Of a stretch of 64,000 nt of DNA, positions 61,045-64,000 are shown in pieces (the first letter of the stretch is position 1; the number at the start of each line of letters is the position of its first letter). This DNA is from Gammaproteobacteria bacterium (GTDB lineage Bacteria; Pseudomonadota; Gammaproteobacteria; Eutrophobiales; Eutrophobiaceae): positions 1,056,001 through 1,120,000 of the forward strand of contig OZ220696.1 of the NCBI GenBank assembly GCA_965116495.1, given 5' to 3'. Below the pieces are notes generated by a model that was given only the letters and a program-made list of their open reading frames with translations, ran no database searches and was not told the DNA's origin. The translations under genes and the position numbers were made by a program.

Positions 61045-61977
61045 ATGTTCAAATTCATACTCAAACGCTTGTTGCAAGCGATCCCGGTACTGCTGGTTGT
61101 CAGCGTCATCACTTTCCTGCTGATCCATGCGGCGCCCGGCGGGCCGTTTGCCGAGGAGAAGGCGGTCCCACCGGAAGTGCTCAAGCACCTGAACGAACGT
61201 TACAAGCTGGACCAGCCTATTTACGTTCAATTTTATGACTACATCAGCCATGCCATTAAGGGAGAGCTGGGACCCTCCTTCAAATATCCCGGCAGGTCGG
61301 TAAACGAGATCATCGCCGCCGGTTTCCCTGTCACGCTGGAACTGGGTTGTTACGCCCTGCTGTTCGCCCTGCTCATCGGTATCGGCAGCGGGGTGTGCGC
61401 GTCGTTGAACCCGAATACCTGGCAGGACTACGTCCCCATGACGTTTGCCACCATCGGTATCTGCCTGCCCGCATACGTACTGGGCCCGTTGCTGGTGCTG
61501 GTCTTCGGCATCTGGCTGGAGTGGTTGCCCGTGGCCGGCTGGGGGCTGATCCCGGGGGACAAGATTCTACCCTCCGTTACCCTGGGTTCGGTGTATGCCG
61601 CCTACATCGCCCGGCTGAGCCGGGGCGGGATGCTGGAAACCCTGTCCCGGGATTTTATCCGCACCGCACGGGCCAAGGGCATGCCCGAGGCGGTGATCAT
61701 ATTCCGTCATGCCATGCGGGTCGGCCTGTTGCCGGTAGTGTCCTTCCTTGGACCGGCGCTGGCGGGTCTGCTCAGCGGTTCCTTCGTGGTTGAAACCATT
61801 TTCCAGGTGCCGGGCCTGGGCCGCTACTTCGTACAGGGCGCATTCAACCGGGATTACACCCTGATCCTGGGCACCACCCTGTTATTCGCTTCCCTGATCA
61901 TCGTCTTCAACCTGATCTCCGACGTGATGCTGGCATGGCTGGATCCCAGGGTAAGGCAGGAGACCGTCCATGGGTGA
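61045..61977 (+). CDS. oppB: Oligopeptide ABC permease
   Basis: APGGPF, GPSFKY, FIRTARAKG, GSFVVETIF.VPGLG, NRDY. Confidence 0.92.
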   Translation: MFKFILKRLLQAIPVLLVVSVITFLLIHAAPGGPFAEEKAVPPEVLKHLNERYKLDQPIYVQFYDYISHAIKGELGPSFKYPGRSVNEIIAAGFPVTLELGCYALLFALLIGIGSGVCASLNPNTWQDYVPMTFATIGICLPAYVLGPLLVLVFGIWLEWLPVAGWGLIPGDKILPSVTLGSVYAAYIARLSRGGMLETLSRDFIRTARAKGMPEAVIIFRHAMRVGLLPVVSFLGPALAGLLSGSFVVETIFQVPGLGRYFVQGAFNRDYTLILGTTLLFASLIIVFNLISDVMLAWLDPRVRQETVHG

Positions 61978-62857
61978 GCAGCAAGGGTTAATCCCGGAAA
62001 GCACCCGGAATATGGGGATCAGTACCTCACCACGCCAGGACGCCTGGCGCAGGCTGAAAAAGAACAAGGCGGCCATGTTTGGACTGGTGGTGCTGGGGGC
62101 GCTGATAGCCCTGTCTCTCCTGGCCCCCTGGATTACTCCCTATTCCTATTCTGCACAAAACCTGGAATTAGGCCCGAGCTCCCCTTCCGCACAGCACTGG
62201 CTGGGCAGCGACCTGTTCGGTCGCGACCTGTTGACGAGAATAATCTATGGCAGCCGCATCTCGCTCGCGGTGGGTTTCGTTGCCACTGCCGTGGCGTTGC
62301 TCATCGGCGTGACCTGGGGCGCCGTGGCCGGTTACCTGGGGGGACGCGTCGATGCCTGGATGATGCGTACCGTGGACGTACTGTATGCCCTGCCCTTCAC
62401 CATTTTCATCATCCTGCTGATGGTGGTGTTCGGCAGCAACATCATCCTGCTGTTCCTGGCCATCGGCGCCGTTGAGTGGCTGACCATGGCACGCATCGTG
62501 CGCGGCCAGGTGTTACACGTCAAGCAGAAGGATTTCGTTGAGGCAGCCGTCAGCCTGGGTCTGTCGCGTTTCCAGATCATCAGAAAGCACGTGATCCCGA
62601 ATATCATGGGAACGGTGATAGTGTACGCCACCCTCACCGTACCCAATGTCATCCTGCTGGAATCTTTCCTCAGCTTCCTGGGCCTGGGTGTTCAGCCCCC
62701 GCAAAGCTCCTGGGGCCTGCTTATCTCATACGGGGTTGAGACCATGGAGGAATACCCCTGGCTGCTGATCTTCCCCGCGGCAGTACTGTCACTGACCCTG
62801 TTCTCCCTCAACTTTCTCGGCGACGGCCTGCGCGACGCCCTGAGTGAGAGGTTATAA
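61970..62857 (+). CDS. oppC: Oligopeptide ABC permease
   Basis: HWLG.D.FGRDL, ARIVRGQ, ESFLSFLGLG, GDGLRDAL. Confidence 0.92.
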   Translation: MGEQQGLIPESTRNMGISTSPRQDAWRRLKKNKAAMFGLVVLGALIALSLLAPWITPYSYSAQNLELGPSSPSAQHWLGSDLFGRDLLTRIIYGSRISLAVGFVATAVALLIGVTWGAVAGYLGGRVDAWMMRTVDVLYALPFTIFIILLMVVFGSNIILLFLAIGAVEWLTMARIVRGQVLHVKQKDFVEAAVSLGLSRFQIIRKHVIPNIMGTVIVYATLTVPNVILLESFLSFLGLGVQPPQSSWGLLISYGVETMEEYPWLLIFPAAVLSLTLFSLNFLGDGLRDALSERL

Positions 62858-62873
62858 TCAACAGAAAAAATAA

Positions 62874-63026
62874 ATCCGCAGATGACGCAGATTACCGCAG
62901 ATAAAAATATAAAAGATCAGGAGACTTACAAAATTCTTGGGGCGGCAATGGCTGTACATAGAGAACTGGGACATGGTTTTCTTGAGACTTGTTTTTAATC
63001 TGCGTTAATCTGCGTCATCTGCGGAT
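62874..63026. mobile_element. CCGCAGAT-arm inverted-repeat element, copy G, containing a GxxExxY gene remnant
   Basis: atccgcagatgacgcagattaccgcagat ... atctgcgttaatctgcgtcatctgcggat. Confidence 0.85.
62882..63008 (+). pseudogene. Internally deleted GxxExxY-family gene
   Basis: 62882-62998 translates MTQITADKNIKDQETYKILGAAMAVHRELGHGFLETCF*; a shifted frame at the junction reads RLVFNLR*, resembling the family C-terminus. Confidence 0.8.
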
Positions 63027-63104
63027 AAATCATCTGCAGATGTACAATTACACTGATGCATGGCAAAATAATCCCATGTGTATCAGGATAAACAAGGGGT
63101 AAGT

Positions 63105-63890
63105 ATGGGGCTGTTGACAGGAAAACGCGCGTTGATTGTGGGGGTGGCCAGCAACCGTTCGATTGCCTGGGGGATTGCCAAGGCGATGCACCGGGAAGGA
63201 GCGGAGCTTGCGTTTACCTACCAGAATGAAAAACTGCAGGGGCGGGTTGAGAAGTTCGCCGCGGAAGCAGGGTCGGACATTACGCTACCTTGTGACGTAG
63301 CCGATGATGCCGAAATTAACAACGTATTTACCCGCCTGGCTGAATACTGGCCGCACCTGGATATCCTGGTTCATTCCGTCGCTTTTGCAGACCGGGAGCT
63401 GCTCGAAGGGGATTACCTGGACAGTATTACCCGGGAGGGTTTTCTCAAGGCCCAGGACATCAGCGCCTACAGTTTTGCCGCACTGGGTCAGGCGGCCCGC
63501 CCGCTGATGCAGGGCCGGGACGGCGCCATGCTCACCCTGACCTATATCGGTTCGGTCAGGGCCATGCCGAACTACAACGTGATGGGGATCGCCAAGGCCA
63601 GCCTCGAAGCCAACGTGCGTTACATGGCCGCCGACCTCGGGCCGGAGAGTATCCGCGTCAACGCCATCTCGGCAGGTCCTATCCGCACCCTGGCGGCCTC
63701 CGGCATCAAGGGCTTGAGGGGGTTCCTCAACCATGTCGAGCGGGTTACGCCCCTGCGCAGGAACGTCACCATTGAAGAGGTGGGCAACGTGGCCGCGTTC
63801 CTGTGTTCCGATTACGCGTCCGCCGTTACCGGGGAGATCACCTACGTCGATTGCGGTTACAGCGTGACCGGCAGTGAGGGGAAGGAGTAG
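63105..63890 (+). CDS. fabI: Enoyl-ACP reductase
   Basis: [39 protein letters not shown]. Confidence 0.96.
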   Translation: MGLLTGKRALIVGVASNRSIAWGIAKAMHREGAELAFTYQNEKLQGRVEKFAAEAGSDITLPCDVADDAEINNVFTRLAEYWPHLDILVHSVAFADRELLEGDYLDSITREGFLKAQDISAYSFAALGQAARPLMQGRDGAMLTLTYIGSVRAMPNYNVMGIAKASLEANVRYMAADLGPESIRVNAISAGPIRTLAASGIKGLRGFLNHVERVTPLRRNVTIEEVGNVAAFLCSDYASAVTGEITYVDCGYSVTGSEGKE

Positions 63891-63956
63891 TTTCAGACTG
63901 GTTTCCGTTTCTGAATAGAAAATTTTATCTTACTGAATATCAAGGGTTATTTATCC

Positions 63957-64000
63957 ATGACAAATAATAACTGGTTGTTATGGGCGTTGCTCACCGCGGC
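63957..64000 (+). CDS. Start of a probable small membrane protein (EamA-like), cut by window edge
   Basis: MTNNNWLLWALLTA; only 14 codons visible. Confidence 0.4.
   Translation, partial: MTNNNWLLWALLTA

Overview
Core-chromosome segment of a Gammaproteobacterium (conserved ftsK-lolA-rarA-serS, ubiG-gph, ffh-ypjD-yfjD and yej/opp-fabI gene orders). It carries tRNA-Ser(UGA), yccA, pntAA/AB/B, sdhCDAB with assembly factors (DUF1674, SdhE, YgfZ, YgfX), modABC, two peptide ABC systems, a TonB-dependent receptor and one intact IS1182-family element. ftsK and sdhA each have a single-base frameshift, most likely a sequencing error. No CRISPR, prophage or rRNA was seen. The unusual part is the intergenic DNA, which is densely occupied by several families of small inverted-repeat elements. 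(1) Seven ATCCGCAGAT(T/G)ACGCAGAT...ATCTGCGGAT elements have variable interiors, and one still holds an internally deleted GxxExxY nuclease-family gene, suggesting a nuclease-driven mobile element family with non-autonomous copies. (2) Four AATTA(C/G)G heptamer arrays start exactly at stop codons inside operons. (3) A 72-bp multi-hairpin module interrupts repeated copies of the tRNA-Ser 5' end and recurs inside a MITE that supplies the sdhE start codon. (4) REP-like and MITE-like elements are also present, some nested. Family assignments come from motif recognition only; no database searches were run.
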